Virus record (IMG/VR): IMGVR_UViG_3300048599_000097
Span: 1 to 64,000 of that record
Direction: 5' to 3' (one strand)
DNA length: 64,000 nucleotides
Source: a virus
Shown here piece after piece: positions 17,533 to 28,287 of the stretch. Each line of letters begins with the position of its first letter. Position 1 is the first letter of the stretch. The notes beneath the pieces are model-generated. The model had not been told where the DNA came from. It was given only the letters and a program-made list of their open reading frames with translations, and did not search any database. Both the position numbers and the translations under genes were made by a program.

Positions 17533-17566
17533 CAAAATCATACAGTAGTGTATCTTTTTGTATACA
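17518..17566 (+). promoter_or_regulatory. promoter family member upstream of the major tail gene
   Basis: About 50 nt matching 8641-8692 with 2 mismatches. TTGACA 17529-17534. Followed by two 5' UTR hairpins (GTGCTAG/CTAGCAC and TACCCTC/GAGGGTA). Confidence 0.6.
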
Positions 17567-17634
17567 GTGCTAGTCTAGCACTTTGCGAAAAGATACCCTC
17601 CTATTTTCAGAGGGTAAGTAAATAGGAGAAAATT

Positions 17635-18276
17635 ATGATAGAAAGACTCATAGGAAGTGACGGTGAGCTTTGGGCTTATACCTTCGGCACCCCGCTTGTA
17701 ACTGGAGCAGCAACCGAAGGTGCTGAATATAAAATTGTTAAGATCGACGGTACTTCAGTGTTTCCTGCAGGTTACAAAGTCGGCGACCTATGGGTAGCCC
17801 CCTCCACCCCTCCCACGTTCTCTGCTACGAACTCAGCTGCACTTGCAACACCTACCCTTGTCGGGGAGATTACTTCTTTCAAGTTTGATTTCTCCAAAGA
17901 TGCGGTAGAAGTCACTACCCTTGCGGACATCACAAAACAGTATAGGGCGGCTAAAGCTGATGTAACTGGAACTATTGAGGGAATCACTTTCATCAGTTCG
18001 CTTGCTAATGGAACCTCCCTTGCTAACCAGTTCGTCCGTATCGTCAGCATTGGTTCCACGGGAACTCAGACCTTCTACGATCTTGATGGCTCTTCTCTTT
18101 GGGTTAAGTGCTTCCTCCAGAAAGACGACTCTTCTGGCGAGAGTCAAGTGTGGTTTGCCGCACAGGTTTCACTCCTTGGTTACAGCTTCGGTGCTGCAAG
18201 TGGTGATGCTCAGTCTTGGTCTTCTGATACCAGACTTCTTTCTGACCCTCTCATTTTTGTCAAGGCTATTGCCTGA
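17635..18276 (+). CDS. major tail (tube) protein
   Basis: AGGAGA SD. 213 aa, positioned before the chaperone and tape measure pair. No sheath gene is present. Confidence 0.65.
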   Translation: MIERLIGSDGELWAYTFGTPLVTGAATEGAEYKIVKIDGTSVFPAGYKVGDLWVAPSTPPTFSATNSAALATPTLVGEITSFKFDFSKDAVEVTTLADITKQYRAAKADVTGTIEGITFISSLANGTSLANQFVRIVSIGSTGTQTFYDLDGSSLWVKCFLQKDDSSGESQVWFAAQVSLLGYSFGAASGDAQSWSSDTRLLSDPLIFVKAIA

Positions 18277-18309
18277 TAACTTTTTTCTATCATTAAAAGG
18301 AGATACCTA

Positions 18310-18714
18310 ATGATTAAGCAGATTTCGATTAACACCGAGCGCGTTTTCATTCCGACTTTTGACGGCAATGACAAAGCAGATCCTAATGACCAGATTAAGG
18401 TTCATTACAAGGCGATTACCTCCTCCATCAAAGAGGATCTGGTACGTCGCAACGTAGACCTTAAAAAGGACAAGCAGTCTGGCGAGATGGAGCCTACGGT
18501 CTCCCTTCAGATTGATATGCGTAAGACTCTTGAGAAGCTTGTAGTGAGTATTGAGAATCTTGGCTATGCAATCAATGGTGCAGAGACTAAGAAAGTAGCA
18601 TCTGTGCAGTCCCTGTTTGATGCACCTCTGGAAGTCGGCTTTTATCCCCTTATTGAGGAAATGTTCGCGTTCTTCAACGACCTGCTTAATCAGAGGGTAG
18701 ACGAAAAAAACTAA
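18310..18714 (+). CDS. tail assembly chaperone (short, G-like form)
   Basis: AAGGAGA SD. 134 aa, positioned between the major tail gene and the tape measure gene. Confidence 0.65.
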   Translation: MIKQISINTERVFIPTFDGNDKADPNDQIKVHYKAITSSIKEDLVRRNVDLKKDKQSGEMEPTVSLQIDMRKTLEKLVVSIENLGYAINGAETKKVASVQSLFDAPLEVGFYPLIEEMFAFFNDLLNQRVDEKN

Positions 18715-19085
18715 GAACTGCTTATCGGTTGCTGGCGACTGGTAAGCACACAGAACTGTATAGAGCTGAAAAGGGACATATACCCCATATCTTAACCGTT
18801 ATGGGGGAGCCAGTAGCAGTGAGGCGAGATGAAGTACTGGGGATGGTAACAGATCCAGTATTTCAGGAAGCTCTTAGTATATATCAGCTAACGAAATTGT
18901 GGGGTAGCCCAAATGGAAACGGGTGGGCGAACGAACCAATAGAAGTGCTGGATGCAATTACTGCATTGGAACTTGAAGCTAAAGCTTTGGAACACGAGGA
19001 GCTAGAAGATGCACGAAATGGTGGAAAGAAACAGCAGTCTAGTGATCCAAAGAGTTTATTACGAAAAGCAGGAAGTAAAAAATAA
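18310..19085 (+). CDS. tail assembly chaperone, -1 frameshift fusion (GT-like form)
   Basis: The -1 frame is open from 18690 to 19085. The slippery heptamer A_AAA_AAC lies 1 nt before the zero-frame stop. Track ORF 18729..19085 has only a TTG start and no SD. Confidence 0.55.
18705..18711 (+). promoter_or_regulatory. -1 programmed frameshift slippery site A_AAA_AAC
   Basis: Zero-frame codons are gaA AAA AAC taa. The geometry matches the conserved chaperone frameshift of long-tailed phages. Confidence 0.55.
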
Positions 19086-22000
19086 TGGCTGCTAAAGAAC
19101 AAGCTGTACTTGAAGTAAGCGTAACTGGGGTAGACAAAGCAGCCTCCCAGTTCACTTCTTTTCAGCAAACCACCACTAAAACCATGTCTGCTTCTGAGGC
19201 CGCCGTAACGCGGTCTTTGAAGAACATGGTTGCTCAGTTTGTAGGTGTGGCCGCTGCTGCAAGAGCAGTGCAGAACGTTGTATCAGCTGGTGTAGGATTT
19301 AATCAGTTCGTAGAGAACACCACTACTAGCTTCACCGTTATGATGAAGTCTGCTGATAAAGCAAAACAGCAGATGAAAGACCTATATGATTTTGCTGTTG
19401 CATCTCCGTTGACTTTCAAAGAAACTGCCGCTTCCAGTAAGCAACTTATGGCTTATGGTTTTACAGCAGAGCAACTCATCCCAACTATGAAAACCTTAGG
19501 CTCTGTTGCTATCGCTACAGGGCACTCCCTTGACGATATATCCTATGTTTATGGTACATTAAAGTCACAAGGCAGGGCATATAGCCGTGACCTTATGCAG
19601 TTTGGTATGCGTGGTATTCCTATCTACGAAGAACTTGCTAAAGTTATGAATGTCAATGTTAATCAAATTCAGAAAATGGCGAGTGAAGGCAAAATTGGGT
19701 TCGCAGAAGTAGAAAAAGCTTTCCAGAATATGACTACAGGAAGCGGCAGGTTTTCTGGTGTAATTGAAGGTTATATGACCACACTTACTGGTAAGTTATC
19801 TCAATTAAGTGATATAGCTCAGCAATCGGCAGGAACATTGATGTCCGGAGTAACTGAGCAACTAAAGGTGCTTGTAGAGAGTCTAACGAAGTCTTTACAA
19901 AGTGCTGGTATGCAGGAGTATGTTAAGTCTTTAGCAGAGGATTTACGAAATATTGTGGTTATTTTTGGAGATTTGTTAGGCATAGTAATAAAGCTACTCC
20001 CGCTGATTACAAATATAGTAAAGCTTTTGTTAGTAATTAAGGCAATCAATATAGCAGGATCCCTTATTAAGGGGGTGACTGAAGGATTATTTTCTGCGGC
20101 TACTATGTTATCTTCTTTTAGTATAGGCATGTCCGCAGTTCCTGCACTGTTTGCAAATGCTGGGGCTGCTGTGTCACTATTTGGCGAGGCATTAACCGGT
20201 GTGTTCACTATGCTTGCTGCAAATCCTATTGCACTTGTTTTAATGGGTCTTACCGCTGTAGCTGTTGGTGGAACTCTTATTGCTAATAAAGCCATAGAAA
20301 ATGAGCGTAAACAATATAATAATGATGCTTCTATGCGAGAGAGTCGCCTTGCACAGGAATTAGCCCGTTCGGGAAGTGCCCAATCTAGCGGGTGGCTAGA
20401 TCCAAAACTTGTATCCAACATAGCTAAGGAATATAAACTAGCTGAAGAGGTTGTTGCTCGTATTGCTGTGGAACAAGGTGCTATCACTAAATCACAGTAC
20501 GAGCAATATGTTCTTCAACAGAAAAATACAGCAGACGCCAAAGCGTACGCACAAGCTATGTCTGAGGCTAGTAAGTATAAGATGGCAACTATGGGGGAAT
20601 CTCAAGTATCCTTCCTATCAGAGTTGACTGGTAAAGATTCTGCTAGGTATATGGGAGATGCTGCTGCTGCATTAGGTACTCGTGGTGCAAACGATTATAT
20701 TGCAAGTTTTGCAGAGCAGATGGACAAAGACAGGAAGACTTATGGAGACGCATTTTCACCAGATATCGAGAAACAGAATTGGGAAAAGGAAGCGAAGGCG
20801 CTTTCTGAAGCACTTGTGGCTGGATTTGATGTTCCGGGTCTATTTGCAAACACTGGATTTGACGAAACTATTCAGAAAAGACTTATACAGCTAAACAAAT
20901 TATTGGACACTACTAAAGGTAAGGCCGCTAAAGAGCTAGGTAAGTGGTGGGCACCAATAGTCCAAGCCGCAAAAGTATCCATAGACCCTATCGATGATAT
21001 TACTGTAGCCACCCAGCAAGCATCAGAGGCAGCTGCCAAGGAATTTAATGACCGGCAGAAGAACTACGATGAACTCATAAAGCAAGCAAAAACTGAGCAA
21101 GATGCTATCCGTTATATGCAGATGAAATCCTCTGAGGCTGCTTTGTATCTGCAGTATCAGAAAGATATCACCGCAGAGGGTGAAAAACAGAAGAACCTTA
21201 AATTATATGAGACAGCCACAGAAGGTAACTCTGCTGTGATGGATCAGTGGAAAGCAAGTGCTGGAGCTGCATATGCTCAAGGAGGCATCGCTGGAACTGC
21301 AACTGGTGCTGCTATTCAAGGAACCTCTCAAATGCTATCTGGCACTCAAATGGGGGCTATGGCTACGGGAGGGAACCCTGTTGCTGTCGCTATGACAGCC
21401 TTTGTTGATTTTGCAAAGTCTATAGAAAATGTTAATGCAGTACTCAATCCTTTCACCACTATATTTGAGGCTATGCGGGACACGCTTGAGCCAATAGTAA
21501 ATAACGTCTTACAACCTCTGGTAGATCATCTACAGATGGTTGGAGAGGCCATTGCTCCTATAATCTCTGTCCTAGTTGCTTCATTAAAACCCGCAATAGT
21601 GATGATTTATTTAGTGACAGCACCTCTCACAGCAGCACTTCAGATTTTAGCCGCTGGATTTACGTGGTTTTATAATAGTATCATTGTTACGGTAGCAAAC
21701 TGGATTATCAATATAGCTAATGCTATTATTCATGTTCTTAATAAAATTCCCGGTGTACATATCAGGTATATAGACCAATTACAGAAAATGGGAGCCGCTG
21801 TAGTTGATTTAACCGCCACTATTAATAATCAGAAAAGTGCTCTTGATAAGACTATAACATATTTGACCGATAAAATCAATAATGCTATAGATGACCAATT
21901 GTCTAGTCTCAAAGATCTATATGAGGTGGGCGCTATTTCTGCTACCAGCTATGATGCCCAAGTCACTGCTCTCAATGCTCAGAAAATCAGTACAGACAGT

Positions 22001-22783
22001 GCAGCTGTTTCTTCTGCAGATATGGCACTGACTGGACAAGCTATATATGAGCGCCTATATGCCTTGTATGATCTGAAGGATACCATAGAGAACGGTAACT
22101 TAGATAATGAGCAAATAGCATCATTATTAAAAGAATACAGTATATCCTCTCAAACAGAGGAATCTAAAATAAAGAACGCAGTACTGGCAGCGTTACAGGC
22201 ATACAACGCTAGTACAGGCACTACTTCTAATGTTTCCACGGCAGCTTCAGATAAAGTACTTACTTCTCTAAATAACTCTGCATCATTGTTGACTAGTCTA
22301 GCAGCCTCTATAGCAGCAGTGCAAGCTACCAAAGACAAGCTAAATCATATGATGTATGATCAGGGAGCAGACCTGAGTGACCTTTGGACAACTTATGCCA
22401 CATGGATTAAACAATCTGGGACACTACAATCCTCACAGGAGCAGTATGCAGCGGTGCTGGCAGCATATAAAGAGACTCTTCAGACTGCGGCTAATATGGG
22501 ACTAGATGTATCTGGATATCAGTCATACGCAGTAGGCACAGGTAACGTTCCATACGATATGACAGCTCAAATCCATAAGGGAGAGGGTATAGTCCCTTCT
22601 ACCTTTATGGATAGTATCCGGTCTGGGGAACTTGCTCTTTCCTCTGGAAAGAATGAGGGTTCTGGACAAAACGTTATAGTTAATGTTACTGTACAGGGGT
22701 CGGTGCAGACAGAGAAAGATTTGGCTGCAAGTATAGCCACTTCAATATATCAGCAACGAGGCAGAAACCTCCTGACAGTATAA
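19085..22783 (+). CDS. tape measure protein
   Basis: 1232 aa, with a hydrophobic central segment and long A/Q/E-rich helices. Positioned after the chaperone. ATG overlaps the upstream stop. Confidence 0.9.
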   Translation: MAAKEQAVLEVSVTGVDKAASQFTSFQQTTTKTMSASEAAVTRSLKNMVAQFVGVAAAARAVQNVVSAGVGFNQFVENTTTSFTVMMKSADKAKQQMKDLYDFAVASPLTFKETAASSKQLMAYGFTAEQLIPTMKTLGSVAIATGHSLDDISYVYGTLKSQGRAYSRDLMQFGMRGIPIYEELAKVMNVNVNQIQKMASEGKIGFAEVEKAFQNMTTGSGRFSGVIEGYMTTLTGKLSQLSDIAQQSAGTLMSGVTEQLKVLVESLTKSLQSAGMQEYVKSLAEDLRNIVVIFGDLLGIVIKLLPLITNIVKLLLVIKAINIAGSLIKGVTEGLFSAATMLSSFSIGMSAVPALFANAGAAVSLFGEALTGVFTMLAANPIALVLMGLTAVAVGGTLIANKAIENERKQYNNDASMRESRLAQELARSGSAQSSGWLDPKLVSNIAKEYKLAEEVVARIAVEQGAITKSQYEQYVLQQKNTADAKAYAQAMSEASKYKMATMGESQVSFLSELTGKDSARYMGDAAAALGTRGANDYIASFAEQMDKDRKTYGDAFSPDIEKQNWEKEAKALSEALVAGFDVPGLFANTGFDETIQKRLIQLNKLLDTTKGKAAKELGKWWAPIVQAAKVSIDPIDDITVATQQASEAAAKEFNDRQKNYDELIKQAKTEQDAIRYMQMKSSEAALYLQYQKDITAEGEKQKNLKLYETATEGNSAVMDQWKASAGAAYAQGGIAGTATGAAIQGTSQMLSGTQMGAMATGGNPVAVAMTAFVDFAKSIENVNAVLNPFTTIFEAMRDTLEPIVNNVLQPLVDHLQMVGEAIAPIISVLVASLKPAIVMIYLVTAPLTAALQILAAGFTWFYNSIIVTVANWIINIANAIIHVLNKIPGVHIRYIDQLQKMGAAVVDLTATINNQKSALDKTITYLTDKINNAIDDQLSSLKDLYEVGAISATSYDAQVTALNAQKISTDSAAVSSADMALTGQAIYERLYALYDLKDTIENGNLDNEQIASLLKEYSISSQTEESKIKNAVLAALQAYNASTGTTSNVSTAASDKVLTSLNNSASLLTSLAASIAAVQATKDKLNHMMYDQGADLSDLWTTYATWIKQSGTLQSSQEQYAAVLAAYKETLQTAANMGLDVSGYQSYAVGTGNVPYDMTAQIHKGEGIVPSTFMDSIRSGELALSSGKNEGSGQNVIVNVTVQGSVQTEKDLAASIATSIYQQRGRNLLTV

Positions 22784-22794
22784 GGATATAACTC

Positions 22795-24339
22795 ATGGCA
22801 CAAATAAAGATAAGTGAACTTAGTACACTTAGTCAACAACTACAAGCGGCAGATTATGTTCCTGTTATACATGGTGGCGTAACCTATAAATATTCCCCAT
22901 ATAATTATTTTGTTAAAAATAGTGGTGATGAGACTATTGCTGGGGTTAAGACGTTTAGTGCAAGCCCAGTTATTCCCGCTGGTGATGCAAGTGGGGAAGC
23001 TGTAAACTATGGTCAGGTTGTAAAGAATTCTGGTAATGAAACCGTAGCGGGTATCAAGACATTCTCCTCAAGTCCTATAGTACCAACTGCGACGACATCA
23101 GCACAAGCGGCTAATCTTGGAAATGTGACAACTGCTGTAACCCCTCTCTCCGACCTCTCCCGCGTGATGCACATAACCGGCGACGGGACACCCATATTCC
23201 CAGATAACGTGGCTGGGAGGACGTATTGGCAGGATGACTTTACTACTACTGATAGCTGGAGCGGAATTAACGGAACGGTTTCTGTTTCGGGGGGTGCGCT
23301 TATTGGAACGGCAGCCGGAATGCCTTTCAGTATCTCACGTGCCGTATCAGGATCGGTAAATAATTTAATCAGAATAAAGGTTAAAGCATCGATAACTGCC
23401 CTGCTACAAATACAGTTAAAAATATCAGGTGTTGACACTCTCGTAAAAACACGGCAATTATCTGCTAATCAATACAGTATTGTTGACTTTATAGCACCTT
23501 CAAACTTTACTAGCATAATTATGTTTTATACTGGTGCAAGCACTGGAAATACGCTTTCAATCGATACCATATACATCGGCTCCGGTCTCTACGATACGCC
23601 CGTATATGACAAAGCGTGTTGTAACAGGGCAACCAATTATGGCGCGCTTCCTGTTCCTGCACCTCGCGGGCTTGGGTTAGCGTTTAACGGCGCGCAGTAT
23701 TTGCAGTTTGATAATCCGGTGATAGGGACGATAGGGACGATTGCATTTAAGTATGTGCCAGGAAACATAACACAAGCATCAGTATTAGCTGATAATTCAG
23801 GCCCAAGTGGTTTTTCTGGAATAAGGATTAGGCAAATATCATCTTCACTGACGATGGTTATATCGAGTGCGTCTGCGTCACAAACTATATCTCTGACATC
23901 ATCGCTAGTTGCATTAACTATTATAGTTGTAAAAATATCAATATCCAGTTCAAATGTTGTATTTTCAATAAATGGTGGCACCGAAAATACCATAGCACTA
24001 ACATTGACCCCTATGTCTGGATCGTCAAATCTAACAATAGGAAAAAGAGCTGTTGATTCAACTGGTTTCCTTACTGGCACCATCTACGACATCGGCTATG
24101 ACTCGCGTATATGGACTCAAGACGACGTAATCCGCTACTACAACGGGGACGATCCAGTTGACAGCCAGCAGAAGTCTATAAACAATGTTGCCCATTCGAT
24201 AGTAACAAGAGATTCAAAAGGTAATCTTCGCCAGCCGGGACTTCCTGTTTATGCTGATAATGCCTCTGCAATAACGGGCGGACTTGTAGCTGGTGAGCAA
24301 TACAGAACATCAACTGGTGTGCTCATGGTAGTTTATTAA
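22795..24339 (+). CDS. tail fibre protein with N-terminal fibre repeats
   Basis: Two tandem copies of NSG(D/N)ET(I/V)AG(V/I)KTFS(A/S)SP. 514 aa, with a central beta-rich domain. Confidence 0.6.
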   Translation: MAQIKISELSTLSQQLQAADYVPVIHGGVTYKYSPYNYFVKNSGDETIAGVKTFSASPVIPAGDASGEAVNYGQVVKNSGNETVAGIKTFSSSPIVPTATTSAQAANLGNVTTAVTPLSDLSRVMHITGDGTPIFPDNVAGRTYWQDDFTTTDSWSGINGTVSVSGGALIGTAAGMPFSISRAVSGSVNNLIRIKVKASITALLQIQLKISGVDTLVKTRQLSANQYSIVDFIAPSNFTSIIMFYTGASTGNTLSIDTIYIGSGLYDTPVYDKACCNRATNYGALPVPAPRGLGLAFNGAQYLQFDNPVIGTIGTIAFKYVPGNITQASVLADNSGPSGFSGIRIRQISSSLTMVISSASASQTISLTSSLVALTIIVVKISISSSNVVFSINGGTENTIALTLTPMSGSSNLTIGKRAVDSTGFLTGTIYDIGYDSRIWTQDDVIRYYNGDDPVDSQQKSINNVAHSIVTRDSKGNLRQPGLPVYADNASAITGGLVAGEQYRTSTGVLMVVY

Positions 24340-24372
24340 AATGTAGGAGTGGAGATGCCAGTATGAGCCATA

Positions 24373-24403
24373 TTGACAATATATTAATTATTCATATAGT
24401 ATT
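24373..24403 (+). promoter_or_regulatory. possible promoter
   Basis: TTGACA 24373-24378 followed by an AT-rich spacer and ATAGTA/TAGTAT. The -10 assignment is ambiguous. Confidence 0.35.
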
Positions 24404-24422
24404 GATATACTAAGGAGCCTAC

Positions 24423-27400
24423 ATGAGTACTAGACAAGTATATCTTAATTTTCAAGATGGTAATGGATTTATAAATGTATCTGATTTGGTTAAATACAAC
24501 ACATTAACTTACACTCAAAGGGCTTTTAATGATACATATCATTATGCCCAAAATGAATGTTCTTTCGATATTATTTACGATTCTGTAATATTCCCTAAAC
24601 TCCGATATGTAACAGATGATATACTGGTTCGGATAGTTGATCTAAATGATACTGTATCTATTTCAGCAGAAAATGATGTATTACTGACAACAGAGAATGG
24701 TTTTTATATTTGTGCAGAAACTAATATTGCTATTCCGGTATTCTATGGCCATATACCTCCATCGAGATCCCGAACTTACGACGGTATTCTTGAAAACACT
24801 ATCTTCACATTGGAAGCCATAGATGAACTCGATTGGATGGATGTTGAGGTAGGGGATATATCCTATACGAACTGTAAAGTCTATGATCCTAGTGATCCTA
24901 CAAATTCTATAGTTCATAAATTAGCTCTTATTGCTGGATGGGATTCTTCTAAACTCGTAAATGATAAATTCATCACCACTGTTATAGCTAAATTCGCTCC
25001 AACAGACACAACTAATAGTGTGCTAGAAACACTTGATACACTTTTATATGAATATGGCTACACTCTGAATCTTAATACACTAGGATATATAGATCCTATC
25101 AAATGGAATGTGTCTAGTGATCAAGTCTCATCTTTCACCTTTGATGAGACAAATATGATAAAAGAAGTATCTGTAACAGACGAAGTTAGGAATTACGATA
25201 GTGCAAAAGTTACTTATTATGAATTGGGGTTTGCTGAGAAAGTAAGGCTTTTTACAGATGATAATTGTGGTTATAACGATGACGGAACTTTTGCCGGATA
25301 TGCAATCCTTAATGGTTATTATTATCCCCCTGCAGCAAATGCTACAGATGAGACCACAGGCACCAATCAAATAGTCTATCAGGAATATACAGATGATGCT
25401 ATAAAATACTGGACTAATAAAGCTATAAAAGAGAATCTTGACTACAGCTACAAAGCATTTTCTTCTGATTTCTCTTCTATGGTGGCAACCGAAAATCACT
25501 TTATAGATCGTATTGTAGATTCAGGTGTTACCGTAGTTTCTGAGACTTTTTATAATAAGAAATGCAGATTACTATTGCAAAATACAAGTGGTTCTACTAA
25601 GACCCTTTATGCTAATAACGTATATGGTGATGTATGGTATAAGTCGTCTGAAAGAACGTCCACTGTATCAAACGTAGATACGCCAGTTAAGCAATATACC
25701 TACACTATGTCTTATGTTTATAGTAAGACTATAGCAGATGCTTTTGTAAAGGCATTAGCTGCACAATATAAGATAGGTAAAACTGTTTATAAAATTATTT
25801 CTGACTATGATCATCCTATTGGATCATATGTTACAGTAACTATGGGGGATGGAACAGATCAGACTTGTATAATCAGGGAAAGATCCTTTGATGAATCTAC
25901 AGAACAATATTCATATATTTGTATAGCTTGTAGTGTTGATAGGGGATCTCTTACTAGTCAGACATCTACTATCAGTGTCAGTGTAGAAACTGCCTCCCCC
26001 TATGATTATTATGTTTCTGTTGGTCAAATCAATATTCCGTATAGTGGTTCCACACCAGATTTTACGAGAGCTTATACAGATTTTATTATCAAGCAGAATG
26101 GAATAGATGTCTCTGCTTATTGGAACTTTTCTGCTTCTGTTTCTGGTGTGACTGGTGCATTTGATAGTGTAACAATAAATAGATATAAGATTTCTGGCAT
26201 TAGTGTCTTAAGTGGATCTGTCACTATTACAGCATCTAGGTCTGGTTGGAGTGATCTGGTTAGTACGGTTGCTGTTATAAAGGCTATTGGTGAGAAAGGA
26301 GATGACGGAACCTCTGTTACGTTAAAAGGATCTGTAACTGATTATACTTATTTGCCCTCTTCTGGGCAAACAGAAGGAGATCTCTATATAGTATTAAATG
26401 CTGGTGGTGGATTTGATGCTGGTGATGGTGCAGTATGGAATGGATCCTCTTGGGCAAATGCTGGCCCAATACAAGGGCCAGCAGGAACATCACAGTATTT
26501 GCATATTAGATACTCAGCTTATGCAGATGGAACATCATTTTCAACATCGGTAAATACCTATATCGGAACTGCTGTCACGACTAGTGCAGTAGCACCCACA
26601 GACAAAGGTAGTTACACATGGTCTAAATTTATTGGTCAAGATGGAACTAATGGTGCTAATGCCATTGTTATGACTAGTCCAACTACTCCTTCTGGAACAT
26701 ATGTTGGACAGATGGGTATTTATAATAGTCGTATTTATCAATGGAATGGTTCAGCATGGGTTATTAATAGTATTCAGCCTATGTATCTTGGTATAGGGAT
26801 ATTAGCTGGTTCTTCTTCTGCGTCTTTCAATGGAGCCACAGTTAATACAGACGGTGTTATAACAACGGGTTCTACTGTGACGGCCAAAATATATGACTGG
26901 ATGATTAACTATAGTGCAACTAACGTGGCTATAGGGTTATATTACTGGTCTGGAAGTGCATGGGTAGCAAGTATGAGTGTAGCCTATTTAGATTCATGCA
27001 CAACTGATTTGTTTAATCTTAAAACTGGGGGGATAGAAGTTTCTGGCTACACTACTATCATAAACGCTGTTATTAAGAATCTTATGGTGAGTCAGTTAAA
27101 ACTTTTAACTGGTGGAAAGCTTTATAGCGGAAATGGAAATTATGCTAATGCTGACACCCCATCATATCTAAGTTCTGATGGTGAGTTCTCATTAGGAGAT
27201 CAATTAGCTTTTTCTGATTCTCAACTGAAACTACGTGCGTCATTAACAAATGGTGACAGATATGGTATTGATAATACATCAACACATGATACCGGAGAAC
27301 CGGGCTTGTTTATATATGAAGGAACGTTAAGAAGTGATTTAATATATGGATTTTCTGGCCCTGTTGCTTCTTATTATGGATATGGATTAGCATCTATACC

Positions 27401-28262
27401 AGCTTCGGTATCTATTTCAGGATTGGCTAATCAATATATTAGAATGTGTATATGCGGTGATTATATAATAGTTGCTATTAATTCTACAACATTACAAGCA
27501 TATAAATATGTATTTGGTTCGTTTTCACTATTATATAGTTATACTATATCAGCAGGAACTGCTTATAGATTTGACATATCTTCTTATAGTTCTTCAGAAT
27601 TTATAATGTTAAATGGAACAACAATACAGAGATATTCCGTTTCAGATACAGCGATTACGCCTATTAATACTGCATTCACAATACCTTCGGCATCAAATAT
27701 GGTTGCATTATATGATTATTTTGGATTGCATGTTGCAATATTGACCGGTTCTGGTAGCTCTACTGTTATTTATATATATCTATGGGATACGGTTAATTCT
27801 ACTTTTGTGCAAGAGACAAGCTTTTCTGGAAGTTATGATTATGGATATTTAACACAAGGATTTCAGATAGGGGCATTTACTAAAACAACAAGTCCTGCAT
27901 ATAGATACATAACTTTTATAATAGGTGAATCACATGTTATGTATGATACCACAAACAAACAACTTATTGCGTGTACTTCGGCACAATATGTGCCAGATAA
28001 ATGTCAAATAAATCTTGACTATAACGGGAGATGTTTCTATCAAAACAATGGATTTATTATAAATGTAGATAATATTCAATCATTAATAAAGACTGGTCGT
28101 GGATATGCACGGGAAAGATGTGCAGTAACAGGATATAATGGAGTATTTACAGTAAACGCAAATTACCCTGTTCGATGTGGTATTTATTCTACAAACTTAT
28201 TATGCGTAATTGGGGCTACGTATGGTGGAATGAAAATGTTTTCATTATTACCTAATATATGA
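24423..28262 (+). CDS. large tail / receptor-binding protein
   Basis: 1279 aa with an AAGGAG SD. AT-rich relative to the head genes. Contains a short collagen-like stretch (IQGPAGTSQ). The C-terminal ~330 aa are built of repeated beta-strand blades. Confidence 0.6.
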   Translation: MSTRQVYLNFQDGNGFINVSDLVKYNTLTYTQRAFNDTYHYAQNECSFDIIYDSVIFPKLRYVTDDILVRIVDLNDTVSISAENDVLLTTENGFYICAETNIAIPVFYGHIPPSRSRTYDGILENTIFTLEAIDELDWMDVEVGDISYTNCKVYDPSDPTNSIVHKLALIAGWDSSKLVNDKFITTVIAKFAPTDTTNSVLETLDTLLYEYGYTLNLNTLGYIDPIKWNVSSDQVSSFTFDETNMIKEVSVTDEVRNYDSAKVTYYELGFAEKVRLFTDDNCGYNDDGTFAGYAILNGYYYPPAANATDETTGTNQIVYQEYTDDAIKYWTNKAIKENLDYSYKAFSSDFSSMVATENHFIDRIVDSGVTVVSETFYNKKCRLLLQNTSGSTKTLYANNVYGDVWYKSSERTSTVSNVDTPVKQYTYTMSYVYSKTIADAFVKALAAQYKIGKTVYKIISDYDHPIGSYVTVTMGDGTDQTCIIRERSFDESTEQYSYICIACSVDRGSLTSQTSTISVSVETASPYDYYVSVGQINIPYSGSTPDFTRAYTDFIIKQNGIDVSAYWNFSASVSGVTGAFDSVTINRYKISGISVLSGSVTITASRSGWSDLVSTVAVIKAIGEKGDDGTSVTLKGSVTDYTYLPSSGQTEGDLYIVLNAGGGFDAGDGAVWNGSSWANAGPIQGPAGTSQYLHIRYSAYADGTSFSTSVNTYIGTAVTTSAVAPTDKGSYTWSKFIGQDGTNGANAIVMTSPTTPSGTYVGQMGIYNSRIYQWNGSAWVINSIQPMYLGIGILAGSSSASFNGATVNTDGVITTGSTVTAKIYDWMINYSATNVAIGLYYWSGSAWVASMSVAYLDSCTTDLFNLKTGGIEVSGYTTIINAVIKNLMVSQLKLLTGGKLYSGNGNYANADTPSYLSSDGEFSLGDQLAFSDSQLKLRASLTNGDRYGIDNTSTHDTGEPGLFIYEGTLRSDLIYGFSGPVASYYGYGLASIPASVSISGLANQYIRMCICGDYIIVAINSTTLQAYKYVFGSFSLLYSYTISAGTAYRFDISSYSSSEFIMLNGTTIQRYSVSDTAITPINTAFTIPSASNMVALYDYFGLHVAILTGSGSSTVIYIYLWDTVNSTFVQETSFSGSYDYGYLTQGFQIGAFTKTTSPAYRYITFIIGESHVMYDTTNKQLIACTSAQYVPDKCQINLDYNGRCFYQNNGFIINVDNIQSLIKTGRGYARERCAVTGYNGVFTVNANYPVRCGIYSTNLLCVIGATYGGMKMFSLLPNI

Positions 28263-28287
28263 AAGTCTTAATTTAAGGAGAAACAGT

